From Takakia lepidozioides (Eukaryota; Plantae; Bryophyta), in assembly GCA_030704615.1 (NCBI GenBank), contig CM060733.1, positions 5,828,001 through 5,892,000 on the forward strand: a stretch of 64,000 nucleotides of DNA. Reading direction: 5' to 3'. The notes under the pieces are model-generated. The model saw nothing but the letters and a program-made list of their open reading frames with translations, ran no database searches and had not been told where the DNA came from. Shown piece by piece: positions 35,313 through 47,849 of this stretch. Position 1 is the first letter of the stretch; each line of letters opens with the position of its first letter. A program made the position numbers and the translations under genes.

Positions 35313-35850
35313 CTGTGAGGGCCTGTGACGGGCTGCGCCGGTGGCCTTGGGGGTTGTGATGGGCTGTGAGGGGCTGTGCCGGTGGCCTTTTGGGGCTGTG
35401 AGGGGGTGTGACAGTCTGTGCCCGTGGCCTTTGGGGCTGTGATGGGCTGTGAGGGGCTGTGACAGGCCGTGCCTGAGGCCTTTGGAGCTGTGACAGGCTG
35501 TGAGGGGCTGTGACAGGCTGTGCCCAGTGGCCTGTGGGCTGTGACCCCTGTGACCTGTGTCGGGCTGTGACAGGCTGTGCCCTGTGGCCTATGGGCTGTG
35601 AGGGGCTGTGATAGGCTGTGGCCTTTGGGGCTGTGACCCTGTGACCTTTGTAGGGCTGTGACAGGCTATGCCTGTGGCCTTTGGGGTTGTGATGGGCTGT
35701 GACAGGCTGTGACATGTGGTCTTTGGGGCTGTGACCTGTGTAGGGCTGTGATAGGCTGTGGCCTGTGAGTTGTGTGGGCCTGTGCTGGTCTGTGGTGGCC
35801 CGTGTTGACCTGTGGACGGCCTATGCTGACTCGTGGAGGCACTGGTGGAC
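35313..35850. repeat. GGCTGTGA (revcomp TCACAGCC) tandem array
   Basis: Dozens of degenerate units. Confidence 0.9.
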
Positions 35851-36061
35851 CGCCTAAGGACTGGTATGTGGTCTTGAAGGCCGAATTTTGAAGCTCGTGG
35901 AGGGCGGTTTGAGGAGTATCTTCATGATATTCCCATGGTTGTGCAAGTGAGGGAAGAGAGGAGAGGAAGAGTGTTGGGATGAGGGCATGCTGGGGTTAGG
36001 CATTGCTTTAGCTTCTCTTCCTCATAGTTTCCACCCTCTCATTAGGCCAAGACCTTTCCGT

Positions 36062-38160
36062 AGGTGGAGGCAAGAGTCAGTCCGGGTTTGGGCTGGGGTG
36101 TCCTTGCAGGAGCAACACCGTGGAGTTGTTTTTGGTGTGGGGGAGTTGTCGTTCTAATTTCTTGTGTTTGGATCCCCTCCATACCTGCATGCTTGACTGT
36201 GCGCCATGCTAGTTTTGTGTGGGCGCTTGTTTTTATAGGTGATTGGTCCGGATTTGATCACCGGCCAGTCCTAGAGCATGCTGTCAATGGTGAGGCTGGG
36301 GTGATGACCAGCTAGACCATCATTGTTTCTCCTGTGGTGAGGTTGGAGGTGATGACCAGCCAACCATAGGAGTGCTTGCGGTGGATGCAGGTACATGTGT
36401 AGGCTATGTTAGGAACTTAGTATTCCAAACCCTAAGCCGCAACAGGTTCTCTACCCGGTTACCTTGTGGAGAGGGGGTTAGGGACATGTTCATGACCGGT
36501 TGAGTGTCAACACGGAGGTGCCACTAGTTGCTGGGGACAGTGCCGGTTCGAGCACTAGTGATACTAGTGGGTACATGAGACGAGGTGTGCGGTTTAGGCC
36601 ACCTTCACCTCCTGTGTCTTCTACGGAAGCACCTTGAGGGGCCGCCTATGGATGATTACCATGAGTTCAGGCGGGGGCATGAGGTTGAGATCGAGGAGTG
36701 GAGGATGTACTGGTCACCCGATTATGTCTCCATCACTAGGGGCACTAGAGCCACGAGGGCAGTGGCTATACCTGCCGTTGCACCGGCAGCTTCAGCAAGT
36801 AGCAGTGGGACTAGTGGTGGTACAGTAGCTACAACGTCCACCCAAGCCACTACCGCACCAGCACTAGTACCCGTGCCTGCCTTCAACCCTGTTGTGGAGT
36901 TCTTCGAAGAGTTGAGAGAGAACTACCAAGGGGTGAGGACAGAGAAGTTGCGGAGCTTGCAAGAGTTCCAACGGAAGCCGACCGAGAGCTTGAGGGAGGC
37001 TTTCACTCGCATGAGGCGCTTGATAAATGTAACCCAAGGGGTTACGGAAACTCAGGCAGTCCAATTCTGGTATGGGATATTGGACAAGGAGCTGAGGAAC
37101 TGGCCTCAGCTATTGAGCGCGCCATGGTGACACATGGAGTTGTCATGTTAGACAACCAGGATGACATTTTCTGTTTGAGTGGACCGGTAGGCAAGAGGTA
37201 CCGGCCATTGCGGGTCTTGTTGGACTCGGGAGCTCAGCCATTGATGCTGGGCAGAGCTGCTATTGCAGACTTGGGCCTCACGGAGGCGGATATGGAGCCT
37301 TGTCCTTTCCAGATACAGACGTCTCTGGGAGGATCGGAGCAGGCTCGGGGCATGACACGGCGTGAGTTGGCTATCAGACTACGGCCAGATCACCCTATAG
37401 ATAGCTCAGTGATGCGAGCCAAGGCCATTGTGACAGACGCGGTCTCATACGATGTCATGGTTGGTGGGGCAGTGTTGTATCCCATGGGCTTCACCCTGGA
37501 TTTTTGGGAGGAGTCAGCTTCCTATAGGCCTGCATGGCAGTCAGGGGAGGCCCAGCGTGTGCAGCTCCCTGTGACGTTCATAGGAGGAGTTGCGGTTGCC
37601 CAGCGAGGCAAGATGCCGACACTAGCAGCATTCACAGCGACAGTGAGTTGGCCTAGAGAGTTGCTTGAGGGCAACGCTCATTTAGAGGATGTGTCACCTC
37701 CGGGAGAGTAGGATGACATGTATGGTATGGCGGAGTTGCCTACCATGGTTGCTCATACTCCATTGTGGGGCACGAGCAAGGATTTGCAGCGGGATGTTGA
37801 TCGACGGGTGCAACAAGACTGGGCGGAGGCTTTTGTACCGTCAGGAGAGGAGGAGAGTGCGGGGATTGCACCAGGACCACCTCAGTTGTCTCCATTGGAC
37901 ACCACACCTATTATGTGGCAGTATCCGGATGAAGGCACTTGTTTTTTGAACTTGTTTGGCGGGATCAGCACCGGATTGGCTGCTGTGTTATAGGCAGGTG
38001 TACGAGTTTGGCGTTACCTGTATGTGGAGAGGGATAAGACTGCACAACGCGTTTCACTTTGCCATGTTGCTCAGTTGGTGCAATGGTACCCTGAGTTGTT
38101 GTCGGTGTCTGCAATTCGTGGATATCAGCAGGCCTTGCCAGCAGACATTTCGTTGGAGCG
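36062..38160 (+). mobile_element. DNMT retrotransposon copy 2, 5' part (leader, deleted gag, protease, start of DNMT)
   Basis: Homologous to 19262-22880. About 1.27 kb is deleted at ~37097. DNMT motif I (FLNLFGGISTG) and II at 37935-38160; in-frame stops. Confidence 0.9.
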
Positions 38161-38654
38161 AGTTCTGATCCTCATAATGCAAGACTTCAGTGAGTTCCAC
38201 GGAATAGACCATCTACCCATGGAGGTTTCTTGTAGTTATTGATCCACAGGGAATCATAGATAAATCTTGTGCTTGAAATTTGGCCCTCTAGGATGAATCT
38301 GGACCACACTCTATCCCTGCTCCTTCAGCTATCCATGCCCCTGCACAAATCATGCATTCATCCTTGCCTTGCTGCTAGTAGCTGATAATGACAACCTACA
38401 TTTGTTCTAGGAAACATCCAACTCAGCTTATCACACTAGTTCCTATGCTCAATTGCGTCTGCTACTCTCTGAAATGTAGCAGACATTCACCTTTTTGCCT
38501 CGGTTGTCCCATCATTGACTTGGGGCAGAAAAGTATTCACTCCATAGCTTCTCCTCATGTCTGAATTCAGACATGAATAATTAGGGGCGATTCTGATAAC
38601 AGGGGACAACAAGGTGAAATTGAAGAAGGTGCCTTCATTAGCAGTCATTACACT

Positions 38655-41600
38655 CTATCCTTCGCTCAGCCATATTGTTGAACACTCCCTGTCCACAAGG
38701 GTATTGTTCAGAATGACATCTGCCACAATTCCAGCTTTGACGATGCAACCATGGACCTCTTTGCCCTTCCCCAGCAGGCTCGCACATGCACTACAAACGC
38801 AAACAAAACTGGTTGTGGCAAACTGGGAGCAATATGTGTCAGAAGAAACCACTGATACAAATCTACAGCTTACAGGCTGTCTCTATCCTCAAAATTGGCA
38901 GCACATCACCCGCTGCTATGACATATATTGCCCTAGATACACATTGCCCTAACTGCCATCCCCCAAGATGCTACCCCCACCAGACTTATCTCACTTGGGT
39001 CCTTGCAAGGCTGACTTCCAGCTTTGACTCTGTGCGTGGGGCCTATCGGACAACATACACCAGCAAGCCCTCCCCCTATCCTGCATCAACTCATCTCAAT
39101 CTTATCAACTGCACAACGTGTGATGGGAGTGAGTGCAACATGGGAAAGAGCCACAACACATGATGAGCTGTAGGGAAGAAGCAACATCGTGCAAGTAAAG
39201 CAAATGATGAAGCAGAAAGACGAGGCAACATGGGAGAAGGGAAAATGGGGTCCAAGGGCTGAGAAGGTCAACTGGTCAACAATGAGGAACTGGCTCTGGA
39301 GCACTATGTTGATGATTAAAGGGAGCAGCAAATACATGTGGGGCATCACAGCAAAGTGCATGCCAACGAGGGTCAAAATGGTGCAAGAAAGACTCCACGG
39401 ATGGTGGGCAGCCAAGGGAGATGCAGTGAGACAAGGCACTCATGGCAAGGGAGCTACCAAGACAAAACAGTTGATTAAGCTACGGAGAAAAAGGAAAGCA
39501 CAAGATCAACTACAAGGAAAAGTAGCAATTCAAGCATGGGAGCTGCTGCTAAAACATAAGGAGGAAGACATATGAGGTGAAGCATCAAGGGAACCAGTAG
39601 GAGATGAGGAAGATGGAGCACACTTTCTTGTCAAAGGTTGGCGGTCGAAGAATGCAACCTAGCAATCAGAAAGTGAGGCATCCGAGGCTGGACTGCTGCA
39701 AAGAGGTACAAAGACAGGAGCTGAGAATGAGATGTTGCCTTTCATTGAAGTTCCCCACACAAGGGCTGTTTGGCAAGCAAAACCCCAGGCAAGGATGAGA
39801 GGTGAATCTGGGATAAAACCAGCAGCTGGGAGTGAGGAAAGACACAAGGAAGGGCAGCAATACCTTGTCAAATCTGAGGGTGATGGCTGGAGAAAATTAA
39901 ACAAGGACTGGAAGTATGGGAGCAGCAATCGCATGAAGAAAAATCTGCCTGAGAGGCTGAAGAGTGAAAGGGAGGAAGACAGGCACCTTGCTTATGAAAA
40001 GTGGAAGGGCAGGGTACAAAACCTGATGCCTGAAATTGATGGGAGCTCGTGGGAGACTCTGCCAAGAAGACTCCAATCAGCTGTTGCCAACAATCGGACT
40101 AGTGAAAGATCGCCCTTGGCTGGTGCAACACCACGAAATAAGTGCAGCCCTGATAGCATGGTGAGTGGGGCACCAACAGAGCCAAAAAATGAGGGAGAAG
40201 GAGGAGACTTCCCTGCCAAGAAAGTCAATGACGGGCTTGCAGTGGCATGCAAGGAAAGGGACACCGTAAGTGTTGCCAACAGATGCAAATCAGTGCTCAT
40301 TCATTCGAAAGCACCACGGGAGATGAAGGAAAAAACACCTGCAGGGACGTTGAAGCATAAAAGAGGAGAGCACTTCACTTGGGAAGAAAGTGAAGCATTG
40401 GAGAACGAGGCTGATGACTGGCAGTCTGAAAAGGAAAGGCGGTTGTGGGAAACCCTGCCAAGACAACCATATGGAGAGAATCAAGCAGGTGGGAACTGCC
40501 CTTCATTGGGGTGGTGCAAACAAGAGCAAGACCAGAAGCTGAACCACATGAGAAGATAGCGTGTCATCACAGATGGAGACCCTGGAAAATGCTCTGCCCA
40601 GGAGATGAAGAACATTAGGCAACTAGAAACGTGGGGGGCTGAATATGCTCTGCAGTCAACCTGGCTTGTTGAATGCTTGCATAAGAGATGAGGGGTTGTT
40701 GTCAGTACACGACATTGAGTTCATCAAATCCTACAACAGCCCACCATCGCTGCCCACTGCTTACAAACTGCCACAAAAACAGTTTCACAAGACTTACAGA
40801 TGATTGGTGGAAGGCAAGGCCCCTCGCCATGGGCCAGATTAATTGTATGTTGCAGCCCAGAACAACGACGGGAAGTCATCTAGGGCAACAAACCCCATCT
40901 TGGCAGCGTCTTTTGTGTGAGAGAAGTCAAACAGAACCTGCTCATCATATCGAGTGGGATGGACCAGATGTAAAGCTGCCAAGCCAACCACACTCATATT
41001 CGCACTCAAGCAACATAAGCTAGAGCCATTTTCAGATTATGAGTACCCGTGTTTTAAGAATACTCCTTCTTCAACTTGCGGTGAACGGGCAGAAAACTTC
41101 ACAATGTGCAGCAGATTAATGGACCAAGATGCGGAGCTGAATTGGGTATCCAGTTGGGCAATGCTGGTTTCAAAACCCCGTTCCATCCCTGCGTTTCGAA
41201 GATTTGGCTTGAATGGGCACACTCCGGCAGTGGAAGGCTCACGGAATAATGAGTTTGGGCTGATATGCATGCTGACATGCCATGCCGGTGCAAAGAACAA
41301 CGTTCTGAGTGGTGATTGTGATCTCAAAATCTGCCCCTGCATTCAAGCTGATTTCTCTCTCGAGCAGAGCCGCCTTGTGGATGTTCCAGCCAGTGTCCAA
41401 AAACAGCTCAAGTGCAAGACAACAACATCAGCAAGGCATGGTTAGCTAAGCAAGGTCATGGTGGAGAGGCATTTGAACTCTCTGAACGTAATGTGGTCGG
41501 ACTTCACCCCCTCCCACATCAACTGCTCATAGATCTCCAAAACCTGCAATCCCCGCCCCTGTTGTGCATGTCCTGCGATCATCACTTTCCACGACACCAC

Positions 41601-42330
41601 ATTTTGCTCAGCCATATTGTTGAACACTCCCTATCTAGAAGGGTATTAATGTTCAAAATGACATCTACCTCAATTCCAGCTTTGACGATGCAACCATGGA
41701 CCTCTTTGCCCTTCTCCAACAGGCTCGCACATGCACTACAAACACAAACAAACGTAATGTGCTCGGGCTTCACCCCCTAGACCCACATCATTTGCTCATA
41801 GGTCTCCAAAACCCGCAATCCCTGCCCATGTTGTGCATGTCCTGCGATCATCACGTTCCACCACACCACATTTCGCTCAGCCATCTTGTTGAACACTCCT
41901 TGTCCACAAGGGAATGCTCGCACGTTTGGCATACATGTCGACGAGGTATTGTTACATCTGGTACAGTTCCAGCTTTGACGATGTCACGATGGACCTCTTT
42001 GCCCTTTACCAAGTCTCCAGGGCTGCCAAGTTTGCACATGCATTGCAAACACAAATGAACGTGACCCGGTTAGGCTGCACCCCTTATCACAACATTTGCT
42101 CATGTCTCCAATGCCCTCATCCCGCACACATGCTGGCCATAGCTTGCAAGATTCAGCGTGTTCCTTGAGACAACATCTCGTTCAGCCATGTTATCAAACT
42201 CTCCCTTCGCAACTTCATAGGTCTCCAAAGCCTCCATCCCACGTCCCTGCTATGCATACCCTGCAAGCATCGCACTCCACGACACTACATCTCGGCAAAA
42301 CAGGCTGAAATAGCTTGAAGAAGAAGGTGC
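38655..42330 (-). pseudogene. PLS-PPR pseudogene (38655-38810 and 41485-42330) split by a ~2.7-kb uncharacterised insertion
   Basis: FVCVCSACASLL.KGKEVHGCIVKAGI repeats occur on both sides, with many frameshifts. Confidence 0.85.
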
Positions 42331-43153
42331 CCTCACCACATTGTCCTCTACCTTGTGTCATGACCCATTGCGGATTAGACTGACCATGAACCCAAGAAGA
42401 CCTCTTGTGCGTGCTGCTTGTATCTGTAGTCAGGTAATGTGGGATTGGTTTGTAAGAACCACCACGGTGCAGCTGAGCGGGCAGAGATTAAAATATGGGT
42501 TGCTAAGACCAAGCTGATTCCCCCAAGAACCTTGTGATCATCAGGAAGAATACCAAATCATGGTACAAAGGGGAGCCAAGAGCCCACATTTGCACATAAT
42601 GCGCCCTTGACACCATAAACGCTTGCAACAACAGGACATGGGCCTCGATTTGGTCTTCGTCCTTCTCGCATCACTTGCTCGTCTCTCTCTCAAGCCTCCA
42701 TCCCTCTCCCAACACTTAGACAAATTCAGGCAAAGGACAAAGTTACTCTTCCACCCTTAGATCACTTTACATCCGACGATTAGAACAATCTCTACGAGCC
42801 ACACAAGCCCTAAAATACATTAAAATATTCCACGTCATGATCCATGTGGAGCACTTATAAAAATTCCATTTTTGAATAGGGTGTGCAATGAATGCCTAGT
42901 TGTTAAGAGTCGTTCTCTAGTGCTTAAAACCACTTGTAATTGCTGTTTTTTTTTTTTTAAACAATTTACATAATTGAATTAAATCACCGCGAATATTGCG
43001 CCGACTGCGGAGTCATTGATGCAACTTCTATCCGCCATTAGAAATACGAATTTATCCGTTACGACTGTACAGTAGTAACAAACATCTCAAAGTTGTTCCC
43101 TCAGTGGTTTTGGACATGCAGTCGATTCGGAAAAGACACGAATGCTTCTAGTG
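41964..43153. repeat. 1.19-kb segmental duplicate (copy B)
   Basis: Matches 34125-35312. Here the PPR sequence continues uninterrupted leftward through CAGTT, i.e. the empty site for the element ending at 34124. Confidence 0.92.
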
Positions 43154-46100
43154 AGGGTCAAGAGATCCGTATTGAGTTGGCCACTGACACGCCAATCTTT
43201 CGGAGACCCTATAGATACAGTGACATGGAGAGGTCTTTGATTCAGATGAGGACTCAAGATCTCTGGGAGGCAGGTTTGGTGGAGCTCTTTGGTGGAGAGT
43301 ATGCTTCAGCCACAGTGATGCCAGCCAAGAAGGATGTCTATGGCAATTGGACGGAGAGACGTATGTGCGGTGATTATCGGCCTGTAAATCGTCAGACCAA
43401 GTCCGATAAGTATGCCATGCCAACACTAGAGGAGATCTTTGATGCCATCGGGCATGCTAAGGTCTTTAGCACTTTGGATTTCCGATCCGGATATCACCAG
43501 TTGCCAATCAAGGAGGCGGACAAGCAGAAGACGACATTCTGGGGGATCAATGAGCACGGCAATGATTGCCTATATCAGTGGCGGTTCTTACCATTTGGGC
43601 TTAAAAATGCTCCTGCAGAGTTTCAGAGAGTCATGGATAGGATTCTAGCAGGGGTGGACTTTGCTCGGTGCTACATAGATGACATCATCATCTTTAGTGT
43701 TACGATGGAGGAGCATGAGAGACACCTTCAGGTGGTATTGGAGCACTTGAGAGCGCACGGATTGAGTTGCATCCGGGGAAGTGCAAGTTTTTCCACAACC
43801 AGATTGAGTATCTGGGTCACATGATATATCTTGGAGGATTGGGGGTACAGCAGACTAAGGTAGAGGCCATTGCACAAATTCCACGCCCCACGGATGTGAG
43901 CCGAGTTCGAGCTTTCATGGGGTTGGCAAACTATTATAGACGGTTTGTCAAGGGATTTAGTACCATTGCAAAGGCTCTAACCAAGCTGACCAAGATGGAC
44001 CAGGAGTGGCAGTGGGAAGATGAGCAGGAACGAGCTTTTCAAGAGCTCAAGGCGAGGTTGACCTCGACGCCTATCCTGAGACGACCTATCAGGGGGCGTC
44101 CCTTTCAGCTGCATACGGATTGGAGCATGCTGGGGCTTGGAGCGGTGCTCACACAGCTGGATGATGAGGGAAGAGAGTTTGTAGTGGCTTATGCTAGCCG
44201 CTCGAACAACGCTGCAGAGGCTAAGTACAGCTCATATGAGGGAGAGTGCTTAGCTGCAGTGTGGGCCGTGGCACACTTCAGGTGCTATCTATACGGCAAT
44301 CTTTTCACCCTTGTCACGGATCACCAGCCACTCAAGTGGTTGATGGAGTCAGACAAGCTTACGGGGAAGCTTGCACGGTGAGCATTCATACTCCAGGAGT
44401 ATGACTTTCAGGTTGTGCATCGACCGGGTTTGGTCAATCGGGATGCGGATGGATTGAGTCGCAATCCATGCATGAGCCAGCAGGATGATACTAGAGCTCG
44501 GTGGCATGGTGAGATGGACGAGGAGATGGTGCCGGGATGGCACGCATCTGCATTTTTGTGTATCTTGGCATCGGGAGGTCAGATTGGACCTACAACAGGG
44601 ATGACTGTAGACGGAGTGTCTGAGGACCCTGAGGCTAGTGATGAGCCAGGTGGTGCCAGAGATATACATGAGGATTCGGCTGTGTTGGACTACCTCCGCA
44701 CGGCAGACACGGCAGCCACTGTGACTGCCAAGGAGAGGGATCGGATCCTGCAACAAGCCAAGAGGTTCAAGTGGGAGGGGATACACCTACTTCGAGTGTG
44801 GGAGGATGGTCGGGTGAGGATTGTGCCTCACCCCACACAACGTGCATGGTTAGTGCGGCATGCCCATGAGGAGTTGGGGCATTTTGGAGTGCGACGCACT
44901 CACAGTTTACTGCAAGATCATTAGACTTAGATGACTTAGATGACAGTGGACACTTGTGCCAACGACACAAGCTACCCTAGAGATTGCACTTGGGCCTCAC
45001 TTAGGAGACGCACTAGCATACATATGAGATCTTGCACTTGGGCTTAGACGACACTGGGCATTTGGGCCAACGGCACAAGCTACCCTGGAGGTCGCATTTG
45101 AGCCTCCACATAGGAGACACACTTTGATATATAGGAGATAGCACTTGGACATATCAAGGGAAGGTCTCCGGTTCAAATCTGGTCGCAGGCTGTGTGGAAT
45201 TGGTGGCGTGGTATGCATACAGAGGTGCAACAGTTCGTGGCTAGGTGCATGGTGTGTGACAGGGTGCGTGCTTCATTCAACACCCCTACACCACAGTTGC
45301 ATCATTTACCAATCATGGGATTGGGCTATAGGTGGAGTCTTGACTTCGCAGGACCGTTGCCACTGACTATGCGCCACCACAGATATGTGTTGGTGATGGT
45401 GGAGCACTTCTCCAAGTGGATTGAGTTGGTTCCATTGCCTGACAAAGCTAGTGAGGGGGCTGCGTATGCATTCTTGGATCGTGTGCTTAGCCGATTTGGT
45501 GCTCCAGCTGAGGTACTCACGGACCAAGGGAGAGAGTTCTTGGGGGAGTTTCAGGCTTTGTGTGATAAAGCCTTGATAGACCACCGCACCACTTCTCGGG
45601 ATCATCCTGAGGCCGATGGCTTGGCAAAGAGAGTTGTTCAGACGGTGAAGAGGGGTTTGCGCAAGTATGGCTTGCAGAAGGGACACCTAGGAGATTGGGA
45701 TCTTCAGGTTCCTTGGTTAGCCATGGGCTACAGGTTCAACAAACAAGCATCACTTGCCTCCTTCTCACCATATTTCCTTCTTTTTGGCCGAGAGCCGGAT
45801 TTGCCTGCAGCCATTCGTAGGGACACTGCTCAAGTCCTTAACCTTGATGATCCGGACGTGTGGGTACGTGCATGTGATTAGCATGCAGAGTTGTTCAAGA
45901 AAGTCATGCCCATGGCTTTTGAGAACCTTGCCATTGCGCAGCACCGTGATACGTTGAGGTATGCCACAATACGTGGTGGAGAATATCGTCCTGGGGTTCG
46001 GAGGTTTAGCCCTGGTGACTATGTTTATTTGCAGCAGACTGCTCCTACGACTCTGGATGTTACTGCAGGGCATGTTATTCTGAGGGTTCGAGAGGTGTTG

Positions 46101-46830
46101 CCCTCAGGGGTCCTAATCTTGGAGGGTCGGGATGGCATGATTTGGAAGGACTATGTGCGTAATTGTGCGCCATGTCACTTTCCCAATGTCGATGACAGAG
46201 TTGACCCAAACTTGGCAGTGGTACCTGCAGGTTTGAGGTGCATGCTCTGTGGGTCTGCCAAAGGGGCAGCCACCATGCTGGTGTGTGATCGATGCTCAAG
46301 GGGTTGGCATATGGGATGCTTGACACCACCTCTTGAGAAGGTTCTTGACGGAGATTGGTTGTGTCCACACTGCTTGGGATAGTGGCAGTGGACATGACTG
46401 GAGGCAGCTAACAAGACATGGGAGGCCAAGCTCATAGGAGTCAATACATGAGATCCCAAGCTCAAGTTCACAGATTGCAAGACGGCGACTAACGATGGGG
46501 CAACTCTTGCACCCGGCCTCTTGATCTATCGAGTTTGAGTGTAGTAGGGATAGTGGTGGAGGACTTAGTGAGGCTATGGTCACTATCACATCTTGTGGCT
46601 ACCTGGACTTAGATGGACCTAAGCACCAGCTAGGGGGGCGATTATGTGGACTAGTGACTGCCATAGTGGGCAGCATAGTGGCAGCCTAGTGACTGACTAG
46701 TTGTAGCCTAGTGGTTGGACTAGTGGCTGGACTAGTGGTGGACTAGTGGTATACTAGTGTGTGGTGTGCACATGTGTTGTGTGGTTTTGGACAGCGATGT
46801 AGTTGTGTAGCGATATATATGCACACAACA
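43154..46830 (+). mobile_element. pol: DNMT retrotransposon copy 2, 3' part (RT-RH-INT-PHD, PPT, 188-bp LTR 46643-46830)
   Basis: Homologous to 24043-27340. PHD at 46239-46373, several stops, ~280-bp insertion at 44917-45198. Confidence 0.93.
44917..45198. mobile_element. ~280-bp LTR-like insertion with internal repeats inside the copy-2 integrase
   Basis: Absent from copy 1 at 25800. Repeated CAAGCTACCCT and GCACTTGGGC motifs. Confidence 0.6.
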
Positions 46831-47849
46831 TATAGGTCATTGAGGTACATAGAGAAGTCACTTGAAATAAAGTAAGTCATCTTTGAATTCGAAGTCGTTT
46901 GTAACATGTGGGTTGTCTCGAGATCGATTTAGTTGACTTCGTAGTGTCGTAGCAAATTGGTCGCTCTTCAGTGCTTCCTGAATCTCCTTTATGATCTCTG
47001 CATCGTCATAGGTGGACATAGATAACATATTCAATTGGAGATTTGCTGGTTTCAAGATGATGGATTTCTGTTGGTCGAAAGTTGCCTCCCATTTTTTCAG
47101 CGCAAGATACGATCGTCGAGAAACATCATCGGGTGTCTCTTGAAGATGTCCGGGGCGATAGGTAATAACAAAATCAAACCTTGCTAGTGACATACCCCAT
47201 CTTGCTTGACGTCGATTCAAAACATGAGCACTCATAAAATATTCGAGGTTTATGTGATCGGTGTAGACAGTGATCTGATGTTTAGCTCCCTTCAATAGAT
47301 AACGCCAATCCTCAAAAACATCGATGATCGCTAGAAGTTCTTTGACATGGATTTCACAATTGATCTCTGTAGCGAAAAATTTGCGAGAACGAAAACCAAC
47401 GGTCATCCGTACTGTATTGAGAGAGTATAGCGCCAAGTGCAAAGTTCGATGCATCTGCTTCCAAAAAGAATGGTTTAGATGGGACTGCATGTTCCAGTAT
47501 TGGAGCCGTTGTGAATGCTTACTTCAGCCTTTCAAATGCCTGGTCAGCCTTCTCGTCCCATACAAATTTGTCCTTCCCTGTGAGTCGTGTCAATGGTGCA
47601 GCAATTTTGGAGTAGTCCTTGATGAAGATTCTATAAATCCCAGAAAACATTGTACATCTCGGACCGAAGTTGGTTTAATCCACTCGATGATGGTTTGTAT
47701 TTTCTTCTGATCCATAAACACGCCTTTGTCGGAAATAATGTAGCCCAGAAATTCGACCTCAGATTGAAGGAAAAAACATTTTTCCAACTTGACATATAGT
47801 CCTCTTTCTCTTAATTTATTAAGGACAAGGCGTACATGGCAGCCATGTT
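46831..47849 (-). mobile_element. pol: Tcn1-like chromovirus pol fragment (RT C-terminus, RNase H), degenerate
   Basis: LYVKLEKC...VEFLGYIIS...VRDVQCFLGF; KELLAII..FEDWRYLL.GAKHQITVYTDH..NRRQARW. Continues at 58158. Confidence 0.85.

Noticed and set aside
35260-35715. 151-aa QP/TA-rich ORF (also 29312-29677, 33173-33621)
   Set aside because: Translations of stop-poor tandem repeats.
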